Source of the DNA: Planctomycetota bacterium | GTDB lineage: Bacteria > Planctomycetota > UBA1135 > UBA2386 | Reading direction: 5' to 3' | DNA: 64,000 bases | Assembly (NCBI GenBank): GCA_046290465.1 | Contig: JBKAGP010000001.1 | Location: forward strand, 192,001-256,000 | In this document: positions 26,485 through 36,020 of the stretch, one piece after another | Position numbering within the stretch: the stretch's first letter is position 1 | Layout: every line of letters starts with the position of its first letter | The notes under the pieces: model-generated | The model's input: the letters and a program-made list of their open reading frames with translations, nothing else | What the model was told of the DNA's origin: nothing | Database searches by the model: none | Program-made: the position numbers and the translations under genes

Positions 26485-27784
26485 ACCACCGCATACCGAA
26501 CCCGGTTCATCCTGCGCCACCGGGGCCACATACCGAACCGGGCCGCATACCGAACCGGGTTCATCCTGCGCCGGTAGCCAGCCGTTCGTGGTCGCCGCGG
26601 GCCGCCGCCGGACGCAGATCGGCGTCGCTGCCCGCCGAACGAGCGAACGTTCCGAACGTGCGCCGCATCGCCTCGCTGCCCAGGTGGCCGAGTTGCGCGG
26701 CGAACGCGCCATCGGTCGCAATCGCCTGACGCCCGCGCAACAGCAGGTTGCACACCGCGTCGCGACCGACGTGAAGCCGCGCGGCGATCGCGTGCTGGGT
26801 CAATCCGCACAACTCGGCGAGCAGCACGACGCGTGCCGCGCGGGGCCATGGCGTCCGCGCGGCCGCGGCGGGCATGCCCAGGGGCGGCCGGATGTCGGCG
26901 GCGGCGACGACCGCGTCGATCGAAGTCGGCGCCACCAGCACGACGCCCGGAGTCGTGCCGTCGGCCAGCAGCGCCTTGCGCCGCAACCAGTTGGCCATCG
27001 CGATCGGCTGGTCGTGTAGCAGGTCGTCACGCGTCGGGTCGGGACCGCGACCACTCTGCACGCGCAGTTCGACCAGTTCGCGTTGCGCCTCGGTGTAGCC
27101 GCGCCGGAACACGTCGACGTAGCGCGCCCCGTCGAACGTGCGCGCGCCCGTCATCGCCAGCACCTCCGCGCGGACCATGTCGCGCGACAGCCACGCCGGT
27201 CCTTGGCCCAGCACGTAGGCGCGACAGCTGCCGAACGGGTATTCGTCCGGTCGCCTGGCGAGACCAGCGGCCACCGGATTGGCGTCGATGTAGCCGACCA
27301 GCACGCGCCGATACGTCGGCGTGTCGACCAGTAGCGATCGGTAGCGCCCGCGCACCAACGGCCCGTCGCGCTTGCGCGTTCGGTTGAAGTAGCGCGAGTA
27401 GTTGAGCTGCACGTGGTGCAGCGCGCGCGGCATCTCACCAGCCGGGCTGCGCACCAGCAGGTGGAAGTGCGTCGTCAGCACCGCGTAGCTGTGGATCTCG
27501 AGCCAGCCGTTCGCGACGGTCTCGCCGAGGCGATCGAGGAAGAACTCGATGTCGGCGCGGTTCTCGAACATAGTCCGCCTGGCAATCGCGCGGTTGAAGA
27601 GATGGAACCAGTCGCCGGGGCGGTCGCGTCGTGTGGTGTGGGGCATCGTGTCCTCCGTGACAGGTGGCAGACCGGGGGGCAGCGGTGTCGTTCGTGGTGC
27701 CGTTCGCCAAGTGGCGCAGGATGAACCCGGTTCGGTATGCGGCCCCGAGTGGCGCAGGATGAACCGGGTTCGGTATGCGGTGGT
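26485..27784. mobile_element. RAYT-like element bounded by two nested pairs of inverted repeats
   Basis: 26485-26520 is the exact reverse complement of 27749-27784 (36 bp); 26541-26572 is the exact reverse complement of 27713-27744 (32 bp). Confidence 0.9.
26561..27646 (-). CDS. REP-associated (Y1/HUH, IS200-superfamily) tyrosine transposase with C-terminal HTH-like extension
   Basis: WFHLFNR, YAVLTTHFHLL (HUH), YFNR...G.L...RY, YIDANPVAAGL (catalytic Tyr); C-terminal LTQHAIAARLHVGRDAV helix-turn-helix; GGAGGA RBS. Confidence 0.92.
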   Translation of the reverse strand: MPHTTRRDRPGDWFHLFNRAIARRTMFENRADIEFFLDRLGETVANGWLEIHSYAVLTTHFHLLVRSPAGEMPRALHHVQLNYSRYFNRTRKRDGPLVRGRYRSLLVDTPTYRRVLVGYIDANPVAAGLARRPDEYPFGSCRAYVLGQGPAWLSRDMVRAEVLAMTGARTFDGARYVDVFRRGYTEAQRELVELRVQSGRGPDPTRDDLLHDQPIAMANWLRRKALLADGTTPGVVLVAPTSIDAVVAAADIRPPLGMPAAAARTPWPRAARVVLLAELCGLTQHAIAARLHVGRDAVCNLLLRGRQAIATDGAFAAQLGHLGSEAMRRTFGTFARSAGSDADLRPAAARGDHERLATGAG

Positions 27785-27928
27785 AGGATGGGGGACGGGT
27801 GCCGATGCGGGGGACCTGGTGAGCAAGGCCGGGTTTCCCGAGGTCGACTGCCGCAGCTACAACGCGAAGCTGCGCCCGACGACCGTCGAGCCGCCGCCGC
27901 CACCCCCCAAGCCCGTCAGGAAGCGTCG

Positions 27929-28873
27929 ATGATCCGAGCCCTCGTATGCACGTTCTCGCTGCTCGTCGGCGCCTGCCAGGCCCCCGGCGGTGCGCCGCCT
28001 GCCGCCGTCGAACTGTTCGTGCTCGGCATCGCGCAGGACGGCGGCCTGCCCCACCTCGGCTGCGAGAAGCCCTGCTGCGTGGCGGCGCGGGCGGCGGGGC
28101 GCGTCGAGTATCCGGCGTGCCTCGGCGTCGTCGATCGCCGTAGCGGCACCGAACGGCTGCTGCTGGTCGAAGCGACGCCACGGATCGAGGAGCAGACCGC
28201 GTTGCTGCACCGACTCGCCGGCGTCACCGGCCGAGGCCGCGCGCCGGTCGACGCCGTGATGGTCACCCACGCCCACATCGGCCACTACCTCGGCCTCGCC
28301 CTGTTCGGCCGCGAAGTCGTCGGTGCCGAGCAACTGCCGGTGTGGTGCTCGCCGCGGTTCGCCGACTACCTGCGCGGCCACGGTCCGTGGCAGCAGCTGG
28401 TCGAGCTCGGCCAGATCGACGTGCGCGCATTCGAGGTCGGCTCGGCGTTCGCACCGTGGCACGGCGTCTCGGTGCGCGCGGTGCCGGTGCCGCATCGCGA
28501 CGAGTTCTCAGACACGATGGCCTACGTGATCTCGGGCCCGAACCGCCGGGTGCTGTTCGTGCCCGACGTCGACGCCTGGGAGAAGGCGCCGGGCCTGCTC
28601 GACCGCCTGCTCGACGGCGTCGATGTCGCCTACCTCGACGCGACCTTCTACGACGGCAGCGAGCTGCCCGGCCGTTCGCTCGACGAGATCCCGCACCCGC
28701 TGATGACGCGCACGATGGACCGGCTGCAACCGCAGGCCGACGCGCATCCCGGCCGCCTGCGGTTCCTGCACCTCAACCACACCAATCCGGCGCTGCACGA
28801 CCCGGCGCTGCGGCGGCGCATCGAGGCGCGCGGCTTCCGGGTCGCCGAGATGGGAGAACGGGTAGTGCTCTGA
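27929..28873 (+). CDS. PqqB-like metallo-beta-lactamase-fold protein with lipoprotein signal
   Basis: LGIAQDGGLPHLGC...C, THAHIGHYLGL, VPHRDE, DATF, HP, HLNHTNP; lipobox LVGAC. Confidence 0.85.
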   Translation: MIRALVCTFSLLVGACQAPGGAPPAAVELFVLGIAQDGGLPHLGCEKPCCVAARAAGRVEYPACLGVVDRRSGTERLLLVEATPRIEEQTALLHRLAGVTGRGRAPVDAVMVTHAHIGHYLGLALFGREVVGAEQLPVWCSPRFADYLRGHGPWQQLVELGQIDVRAFEVGSAFAPWHGVSVRAVPVPHRDEFSDTMAYVISGPNRRVLFVPDVDAWEKAPGLLDRLLDGVDVAYLDATFYDGSELPGRSLDEIPHPLMTRTMDRLQPQADAHPGRLRFLHLNHTNPALHDPALRRRIEARGFRVAEMGERVVL

Positions 28874-28930
28874 GGCGGGGCGGCGACTTCGCCGACGCGC
28901 GGCTTGCGCGGTGGCGGATCGTCGGATCGC

Positions 28931-31219
28931 ATGGCGCCTGCCGTGAACACCTCCACGAAGCCGGTGCGCGCCGACGGGCGCGCGACTCCGGGCTGCAGCG
29001 GGCTTCGGCTGCTGGCGACGCTCTGCCTGCTGGCGCTCGCGGTGACGGCGCAGCGCCCGCCCGCACCGACGACCGAGTCGCCAACCGAGCCTCCGGCCGC
29101 GGCCGAGGTCCGCATCGGCCTCGTGCTCAGCGGCGGCGGCGCGCGCGGCTGCGCCCACGTCGGCGTGCTGCAGGTGCTGGAGGAGCTGCGCGTGCCGGTG
29201 CACTGCATCGCCGGCACCAGCATGGGCTCGATCGTCGGCGGGCTCTACGCCTACGGCCTGTCGCCCGAGCAGCTCGCCGCCGAGGTCGTGCGCACCGGCG
29301 ACCGCCGACCGTGGTCGGTGTTGCTGCAGGACAGCTCGAAGCGATCGGCCCGCACGTTCCGTCGCAAGCAGGAGGACTTCGAGCTGCTGGTCGACGTCGG
29401 CCTCGGTCTGCACGACGGGGAGCTGCGCATGCCCAAGGGCCTGCTGCAGGGACAGAACCTGATGCTCGAGCTGCTCGCGTTGACGCCGCGCGCGCACGCG
29501 CTGCGCAGCTTCGACGAACTGCCGCTGCCGTACCGGGCGGTGGCGGTGGCGCTGCGCACCGGCGAGCCGGTGGTGCTCGCGCGCGGCAGCCTCGCCGAGG
29601 CGATGCGGGCCAGCATGTCGCTGCCGGGCATCTTCGCGCCGGCGGTGGTCGACGGAGTCGAACTGCTCGACGGCGGCCTGGTCGACAACGTGCCGATCGC
29701 GGTGGCGCGGGCGATGGGGGCGACCCACGTGATCGTCGTCGACATCGGCACGCCGGTGGAGATCGACGAGGTCGGCTCGGCGCTCGACGTGTCGACGCAG
29801 ATGGTGCAGATACTGACCCAGCAGAACGTCGACCGCAGCCTCGCGACGCTCGAGGACGGCGACGTCTACATCCAGCCCGATCTCGGCGACATCACGTCGG
29901 CGGACTTCGAGCGCGCCGACGAGTCGATCGCGATCGGCGCGGCGGCCGCGCGCGCGGTCGCCGAGCAACTGCGTCGGCATGCGCTCGCCCCGGAGGCCTA
30001 CGACCGCTGGCGGGCTTCCCAGCGGCGCGCGGTGCAACCGGCGCCGCGGATCCGCCGGGTCGTGCTCGACAACCGTTCGGGTCTGGGCGACGCGTTGCTG
30101 CGCGGCCGGCTGCGGGCGCGCCCCGGCGACCGGCTCGATCTCGAACGGCTGCGCGTCGACCTCGAACGCATCCACGGCCTCGGCGACTTCGAGAGCGTGA
30201 CGTTCACGATCCGCGCGATCGAACCCGGCAGCGTCGACGTGATCGTGCACGCGGTCGACAAGTCGTGGGGGCCGACCTACCTCAAGTTCGGCCTGGGTCT
30301 GACCACCGACCTCGAAGGCACCAGCGCGTTCGAACTCGGCGTGCAGGTCAACGTGCGCGAGATCAACGAGCTCGGCGCCGAGTGGCGCACGACCGGAACG
30401 GTCGGCGACCGCAGCAGCGTGCTCAGCGAGTTCTACCAGCCGTTGACGCCCGACGGCCGGCTGTTCTTCGCGCCGCGGGTCTCGGCGAGTAACGACGAGG
30501 CGGCCAGCAGCGTCGGCACCGTCGACTTCCGGCTGCACGCGATCGGCGTCGACCTCGGCTGCAACATCGGCTCGTGGGGCGAACTGCGCGTCGGCTACTC
30601 GCGCCTGTGGGGCGACGTCGACCCGGACTTCGTGATCGCGACGCAGGGCTTCGACTTCGACGACGGGGTGCTCGAAGCCCAGTGCATCGCCGACACGCTC
30701 GACGACGCCAGCTACCCGCGCTCCGGGGTCCGCACGGGCTTGGCCTACCTGTACGGCGACGATGCGTTCGGCGGCGAGGTCGAGTACCAGAAGCTGTCGG
30801 GGTCCGGAGTCGGCTACACGTCGGTGGGGCGGACCACGTTCGGGCTGGGCGTGGCCTACGAGACCGCGCTTGCTGGCACGCTGCCGATCTACCGCACGCC
30901 GGCGCTCGGCGGGTTCTCGCGGCTGTCGGGTTACGACGACAACACCGTCAACGGCCAGCACACCGGGTTCGTCGGCGTGCTCGTGCGGCACCGGCTGGCG
31001 GGCCGGCACGGCGATTCGTTCGACTTCCCGGTCTACGTCGGTGCGACGCTCGAGACCGGCAATGGGTGGGCGACGCGGAACGATGTCTGGCGGCGGCTGC
31101 GGCTCGCGGGCAGCGTATTCGTGTCGGTCAACACGCCGCTCGGCCCGTGCTACCTGGCCTACGGACAGGGAGAAGGCGGGGCGCGCTCGGCCTACCTCTA
31201 CATCGGCCAGCCGTTCTGA
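28931..31219 (+). CDS. Patatin-like phospholipase + POTRA + beta-barrel (PlpD/type Vd-like)
   Basis: LSGGGARG, GTSMG, DGG; POTRA-like segment; barrel ending YLYIGQPF. Confidence 0.9.
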   Translation: MAPAVNTSTKPVRADGRATPGCSGLRLLATLCLLALAVTAQRPPAPTTESPTEPPAAAEVRIGLVLSGGGARGCAHVGVLQVLEELRVPVHCIAGTSMGSIVGGLYAYGLSPEQLAAEVVRTGDRRPWSVLLQDSSKRSARTFRRKQEDFELLVDVGLGLHDGELRMPKGLLQGQNLMLELLALTPRAHALRSFDELPLPYRAVAVALRTGEPVVLARGSLAEAMRASMSLPGIFAPAVVDGVELLDGGLVDNVPIAVARAMGATHVIVVDIGTPVEIDEVGSALDVSTQMVQILTQQNVDRSLATLEDGDVYIQPDLGDITSADFERADESIAIGAAAARAVAEQLRRHALAPEAYDRWRASQRRAVQPAPRIRRVVLDNRSGLGDALLRGRLRARPGDRLDLERLRVDLERIHGLGDFESVTFTIRAIEPGSVDVIVHAVDKSWGPTYLKFGLGLTTDLEGTSAFELGVQVNVREINELGAEWRTTGTVGDRSSVLSEFYQPLTPDGRLFFAPRVSASNDEAASSVGTVDFRLHAIGVDLGCNIGSWGELRVGYSRLWGDVDPDFVIATQGFDFDDGVLEAQCIADTLDDASYPRSGVRTGLAYLYGDDAFGGEVEYQKLSGSGVGYTSVGRTTFGLGVAYETALAGTLPIYRTPALGGFSRLSGYDDNTVNGQHTGFVGVLVRHRLAGRHGDSFDFPVYVGATLETGNGWATRNDVWRRLRLAGSVFVSVNTPLGPCYLAYGQGEGGARSAYLYIGQPF

Positions 31220-31266
31220 GCGTGACGTTGGCGGTGCTGTGCCGCGGTGCGAGCCGGTGCTACCGG

Positions 31267-31340
31267 GGCCCGGATTACGCGCGGCGCGGAGCTACAGAGC
31301 GGCCCGGACTAACAGCGCGGCCCGAACCTACAGCGCGGCC
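31267..31340. repeat. Degenerate 18-bp tandem repeat overlapping the tkt stop
   Basis: GGCCCGGATTACGCGC / GGCGCGGAGCTACAGAGC / GGCCCGGACTAACAGCGC / GGCCCGAACCTACAGCGC / GGCC. Confidence 0.65.
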
Positions 31341-33319
31341 TTCACCCGCGCCGCGACGTTGGCCGGCGTGAAGCCGAAGTGCTCGGCCACCGCGCCGCCA
31401 GGGGCGCTGGCGCCGAAGCCGCTGTGGCCGATGCAGCGATCGAGTCGGCCGGTCAGCTGGCACCACCATTCGGGGCGGCCCATCTCGACGGCGAAGCGCG
31501 GCGCGCTGCCGAGCACGCCCTGCACGTAGGCGTCGTCCTGTTCGTGGAACAGCTCGAGGCAGGGGATCGACACGACGCGCGTCGGCACGCCGTCGGCAGC
31601 GAGGGCCTTGGCGGCGTCGACGGCGAGCGAGACCTCGGCACCGGTCGCGCAGATGGTCGCCTTGGCGTCGTCGGCGTCGACGAGCACGTAGCCGCCGCGC
31701 AGCGCCTGCTTGGGATCCCAGCCGTCGCCGTGCGGCAGCGGCGGCAGGCCCTGGCGCGTCAGCGCCAGCGTCACCGGGCCGCCCTTGCGCGTCAGCGCGT
31801 GGGTCCACGCCGCCGCGGTCTCCGGGCCGTCGGCCGGGCGGAACACGTGCAGGTTGGGGATCGCGCGCAGCGTAGCGAGGTGCTCGACCGGCTGGTGGGT
31901 GGGGCCGTCCTCGCCGACCATCAGGCTGTCGTGCGTGAACACGAACGTCGCCGAGATCTTCATCAGCGACGCGAGCCGGATCGGCGTGCGCATGTAGTCG
32001 GCGAACACCAAGAACGTGCTGCCGGCCGGGTGGAAGCCGCCGTGCAGCGCGATGCCGTTGAGGACCGCGCCCATGCCGTGCTCACGGATGCCGTAGTGCA
32101 GCGTGCGGCCGGCGCGGTCCTCGCGCGTGAACGAGCCGTCGGCCTTGATCGCGGTCTTGCACGACGGGTCGAGGTCGGCGCTGCCCGATACCATGCCCGG
32201 CATCAGCTCGGCGGCCTTCTGGATCACCTTGCCGCTGGTCGCGCGGGTCGCCGCCTTGTCGTCGCCGGCGGCCGCGAGCAGTTGCTCGAACAGGTCCGCC
32301 GGAGTCTCGCGGGAGAGCATTGCGTCCCACCTGGCGGCGGCAGCGGCGTTCTGCTGGCGCCAGGCGTCGAAGTCGCCGTGCCACTGCTTGCGCGCCGCTT
32401 CGTTGTCGGCCTTGCGCAGCCGGAAGATCTCGCGCGCCTTGTCGTCGACGTAGAAGTCCTCGGCCGGCAGGCCCAGCGCCTGCTTGCTGAGCGCGACTTC
32501 CTCGTCGCCGAGCGGGGCGCCGTGCACGCCGTGGGTGTTGGCCTTGTTGGGGCTGCCCTTGCCGATCGTGGTCTTGCAGCAGATCAGCGTCGGCCGCGAC
32601 TCGCTCGGTGGCGTGCGCGCGCCGGTCGCGATCGACAGCGCCTTGCGCACCTGGTCGACATCGTGGCCGTCGCAGTGCAGCACGCGCCAGCCCTGCGCTT
32701 CGAACCGCTTCTGGATGTCTTCGCCGGTCGCGAGGTCGGTGTGGCCCTCGATCGTGATGTGGTTGTCGTCGAACAGGCAGACCAGGTTGCCGAGGCCGAG
32801 GTGGCCGGCGAGGCCGGCGGCCTCGTAGCTGATGCCCTCCATCAGGTCACCGTCGCCGACCGTGACGAACACCCGGGAGCACAGCAGGTCCGTGCCGGTG
32901 CGCGCGGCGGCCATCTTGGATGCGATCGCCATGCCGACGGCGTTGGCGAACCCCTGGCCGAGCGGGCCGGTGGTGGTCTCGACGCCGACCGTGTCGCCGA
33001 ACTCGGGGTGGCCCGGCGTCTTGCTGTGCAGCTGACGGAACTGCCTGAGGTCGTCGAGCGTGACCGGGTAGTCGGCCAGGTGCAGCAGCGCGTAGAGCAG
33101 CATCGAGCCGTGGCCGCCCGACAGCACGAACCGGTCGCGGCCCATCCATTCGGGTTCTTCCGGCGACCAGCGCAGGAACTCGGTCCAGAGCACCGCGGCG
33201 ACCTCGGCCATGCCCATCGGCATGCCGGGGTGGCCGGAGTTGGCCTTCTGCACGGCGTCCATGGCGAGGCCACGGATGGTGTTGGCGACGGGGGTGAGGT
33301 CGTGCGTGGTCGCGGTCAT
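31328..33319 (-). CDS. tkt: Transketolase
   Basis: [57 protein letters not shown]. Confidence 0.97.
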   Translation of the reverse strand: MTATTHDLTPVANTIRGLAMDAVQKANSGHPGMPMGMAEVAAVLWTEFLRWSPEEPEWMGRDRFVLSGGHGSMLLYALLHLADYPVTLDDLRQFRQLHSKTPGHPEFGDTVGVETTTGPLGQGFANAVGMAIASKMAAARTGTDLLCSRVFVTVGDGDLMEGISYEAAGLAGHLGLGNLVCLFDDNHITIEGHTDLATGEDIQKRFEAQGWRVLHCDGHDVDQVRKALSIATGARTPPSESRPTLICCKTTIGKGSPNKANTHGVHGAPLGDEEVALSKQALGLPAEDFYVDDKAREIFRLRKADNEAARKQWHGDFDAWRQQNAAAAARWDAMLSRETPADLFEQLLAAAGDDKAATRATSGKVIQKAAELMPGMVSGSADLDPSCKTAIKADGSFTREDRAGRTLHYGIREHGMGAVLNGIALHGGFHPAGSTFLVFADYMRTPIRLASLMKISATFVFTHDSLMVGEDGPTHQPVEHLATLRAIPNLHVFRPADGPETAAAWTHALTRKGGPVTLALTRQGLPPLPHGDGWDPKQALRGGYVLVDADDAKATICATGAEVSLAVDAAKALAADGVPTRVVSIPCLELFHEQDDAYVQGVLGSAPRFAVEMGRPEWWCQLTGRLDRCIGHSGFGASAPGGAVAEHFGFTPANVAARVKAAL

Positions 33320-33548
33320 TGGCTCCGGCAACATAGCGAAGCGGTGCACCCGGGAGAACGGTGTGCTCGGCCGCGATCCGGCCCGGGCTCTGGACGGGAT
33401 GTGGAAACCCGATGGCGCCATGTCGGCAACCTGTTCGGCCACGCCAACTAGGAGGCCGTGCGGCGGCGCGACCGGCCGCCGCGTGCTAGCATCGCCAGCA
33501 GAAAAAGGTGGCGGCCGACCCGGCCGTCGATGTCACGAAGGAGAATCC

Positions 33549-34757
33549 ATGCACAAGTCCCTGTCGTCGCAGTTCCCGGTCTCGCTGGTCCTGGTCTCGC
33601 AGTTCCTCGTCTCACTTGTTCTCGTTTCGCTGGCGCCGCTCGCGGCGCAGACCACCTGGCTGGTCAATCCGTTCGGTGGGCCTGGTGTGCAGTTCCCCGA
33701 CGTGCAGAGCGCCGTGAACGCGGCGGCCGACGGCGACACGATCCTGGTGCAGCAGGCGTTCCTGGCTGGGGCGACCGGATTCACGACCAGCAAGGGGCTC
33801 ACGATCGTGGGGATCGGCGGCAGCGTGCCCCTCGACACGACCCACCTCGACCCGGTGCGGGTGACCGGCTTGCCGGCGACCAGCACGTTCCGGATGAGCG
33901 GCTTCCGGCGGATCAGCAACGGCATGCTGCACCTGGTCGTCGAGAACTGCGCCGGGCCGGTGCACCTCGACCAGATCGTCGCGCAGGAGAACGCCAACGG
34001 CCCCGAGTTCGGCCCGTCGCTGCAGGTCTACCAGTCCGACCAGGTCACGGTGCGCGAGTGCGTGTTGTTCGGCGGCCCTGCCGTGCAGGTCGACAGCAGC
34101 CGCGTGCTGCTCAGCAGTTGCCAGCTCGGGATGACCCAGATCAACCTCGGCGGCGGCGAATGCCTGACCGCCAACCACTCGCAGGTCGAGGTCGTCGCGC
34201 CGCGCTTCGACACGGGCGTCGCCGTCACGGCCGCGGTGCAGACGCTCAACAGCGACCTGATCGTCTCGGGTGCGGCGTCGAGCCACATCCGCAACGGTCC
34301 GGTGGGGCCGCTCTCGGGCGGCTACGCGATCGTCGCCAACGGGGGCTCGGTCGTCTACGACCCTCGCATCGAGATGAGCCTGGCCTTTCCGTGGGGCGTC
34401 GCGATCGCCGGCACGGCCAGCAAGAGCGCCACCGAGGTCTCTGGCACCTGGGCCCAGCGGACGCCGAGCGCTCCCGACGTGACGGTCGCGACGGTCGCGC
34501 CGGCCGGCGCGTTCGTCGGCATGGCGATCGGGGCGCCCGGACCGTTGGCCAGCACCCCGCTCGGCGTGCTCGGCATCGATCCGCTGCAGCCGTACGGCTT
34601 TCTGCCGGTGGCGACCGCGCCTGCCGGCGGAGTCGTCACGACGACGCTGCCGATCGCGCCGACGCTGACGCTCGGCACGGCCTACGCGGTGCAGGCGGCG
34701 GTGCTGGCGCCGGGCCTGCTCGAGCTGAGCCTGCCGTCGACGTTCGTGGTGTTCTGA
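33549..34757 (+). CDS. Secreted beta-helix-like protein with shared C-terminal domain
   Basis: Signal peptide; FPDVQSAVNAAADGDTILV (typical beta-helix N-cap); C-terminal P...LG..Y..QAAVL...LS. Confidence 0.75.
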   Translation: MHKSLSSQFPVSLVLVSQFLVSLVLVSLAPLAAQTTWLVNPFGGPGVQFPDVQSAVNAAADGDTILVQQAFLAGATGFTTSKGLTIVGIGGSVPLDTTHLDPVRVTGLPATSTFRMSGFRRISNGMLHLVVENCAGPVHLDQIVAQENANGPEFGPSLQVYQSDQVTVRECVLFGGPAVQVDSSRVLLSSCQLGMTQINLGGGECLTANHSQVEVVAPRFDTGVAVTAAVQTLNSDLIVSGAASSHIRNGPVGPLSGGYAIVANGGSVVYDPRIEMSLAFPWGVAIAGTASKSATEVSGTWAQRTPSAPDVTVATVAPAGAFVGMAIGAPGPLASTPLGVLGIDPLQPYGFLPVATAPAGGVVTTTLPIAPTLTLGTAYAVQAAVLAPGLLELSLPSTFVVF

Positions 34758-34814
34758 TCGGCAGAACCCGACGGTGCGATGGAACCTGCCGCGCTGTCCC
34801 GCGAACATCGCGGC

Positions 34815-36020
34815 ATGAGCCGTTCGCATCGCATCGAGTTCGACAACCGGCGCGGCCAGAGCCTCGCCGGCCGCCTGGAGCTGCCGCCGACCGAGCCTCG
34901 CGCGTTCGCGCTGTTCGCGCACTGCTTCACCTGCGGCAAGGACGTCGCGGCGGCGACGCGCATCAGCCGGGCGCTGGCGGCGAAGGGCTTCGGGGTGCTG
35001 CGCTTCGACTTCACCGGGCTCGGCAACAGCGGCGGGGACTTCGCCAACCAGAACTTCTCGTCGAACGTCGACGATCTGGTCGCCGCCGCCGAGTGGCTGC
35101 GGGCCAACCACGGCGCGCCCAGGCTGCTGGTCGGCCACAGCCTCGGCGGCGCGGCGGTGCTGGTCGGCGCCGCCCGCCTGCCGGACGTCGAGGCGGTGGT
35201 CACGATCGGCGCGCCGAGCCATCCCGAGCACGTCACGCACCTGCTGCAGGGCAGCCTCGACACGATCCGCAGCGAAGGCAGCGCGCAGGTGCAGCTGGCG
35301 GGGCGGCCGTTCACAATCCAGAGCCAGTTCCTCGACGACCTCGAGCAGCAGGAGGTGCGCGGCACGCTGAAGACGCTGGGCAAGGCGACGCTGATCCTGC
35401 ACAGCCCGCAGGACGAACTGGTGCACATCGACCACGCGCGCAAGCTCTACGCGCAGCTCGAGCACCCGAAGAGCTTCGTGTCGCTCGACAGCGCCGACCA
35501 CCTGCTGACCAGCAAGGGGGACTCGCAGTACGTCGCCGACGTGATCAGCGCCTGGGCGGGCCGCTACTTGCCGCCGATCGACCACCCGGACACCGAGCAC
35601 GGCACCGTTCGCGTCACCGGCCGCGCCGATGGCTTCCTGCAGCTGTGCACGGCGGGCGAGCACGACTGGCTGGCGGACGAACCGCGCAAGGTCGGCGGCA
35701 CCGACCTCGGTCCGACGCCGTACGACCTGCTGCTGGCGGCGCTCGGGACCTGCACGTCGATGACGCTCGGCATGTACGCGCGCCACAAGCAGCTGCCGCT
35801 GGAGTCGGTGACGGTGGAGCTGCAGCACGACCGGATCCACGCGCAGGACTGCGAGGACTGCGACCAGCAGGAGGCCCGGGTCGACCGCATCCGCCGCGTG
35901 CTGACGATCGAGGGCGAACTCGACCAGACGCAGCGCGCGCGGCTGCTCGAGATCGCCGATCGCTGCCCGGTGCACCGGACGCTCGAGAACCAGATCCAGG
36001 TGGAGACGCGGCTGTCATGA
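34815..36020 (+). CDS. Bifunctional alpha/beta hydrolase + OsmC-family protein
   Basis: AHCFTCGK, RFDFTGLG, GHSLGG; ADEP...GG.D.GP.PY...LG.CT and CPVHRTL. Confidence 0.92.
   Translation: MSRSHRIEFDNRRGQSLAGRLELPPTEPRAFALFAHCFTCGKDVAAATRISRALAAKGFGVLRFDFTGLGNSGGDFANQNFSSNVDDLVAAAEWLRANHGAPRLLVGHSLGGAAVLVGAARLPDVEAVVTIGAPSHPEHVTHLLQGSLDTIRSEGSAQVQLAGRPFTIQSQFLDDLEQQEVRGTLKTLGKATLILHSPQDELVHIDHARKLYAQLEHPKSFVSLDSADHLLTSKGDSQYVADVISAWAGRYLPPIDHPDTEHGTVRVTGRADGFLQLCTAGEHDWLADEPRKVGGTDLGPTPYDLLLAALGTCTSMTLGMYARHKQLPLESVTVELQHDRIHAQDCEDCDQQEARVDRIRRVLTIEGELDQTQRARLLEIADRCPVHRTLENQIQVETRLS

Noticed and set aside
26561..27646. IS200/IS605 element with TnpB or an RNA-guided nuclease
   Set aside because: There is no RuvC/zinc-finger ORF beside the Y1 gene, and no room for one between the repeats
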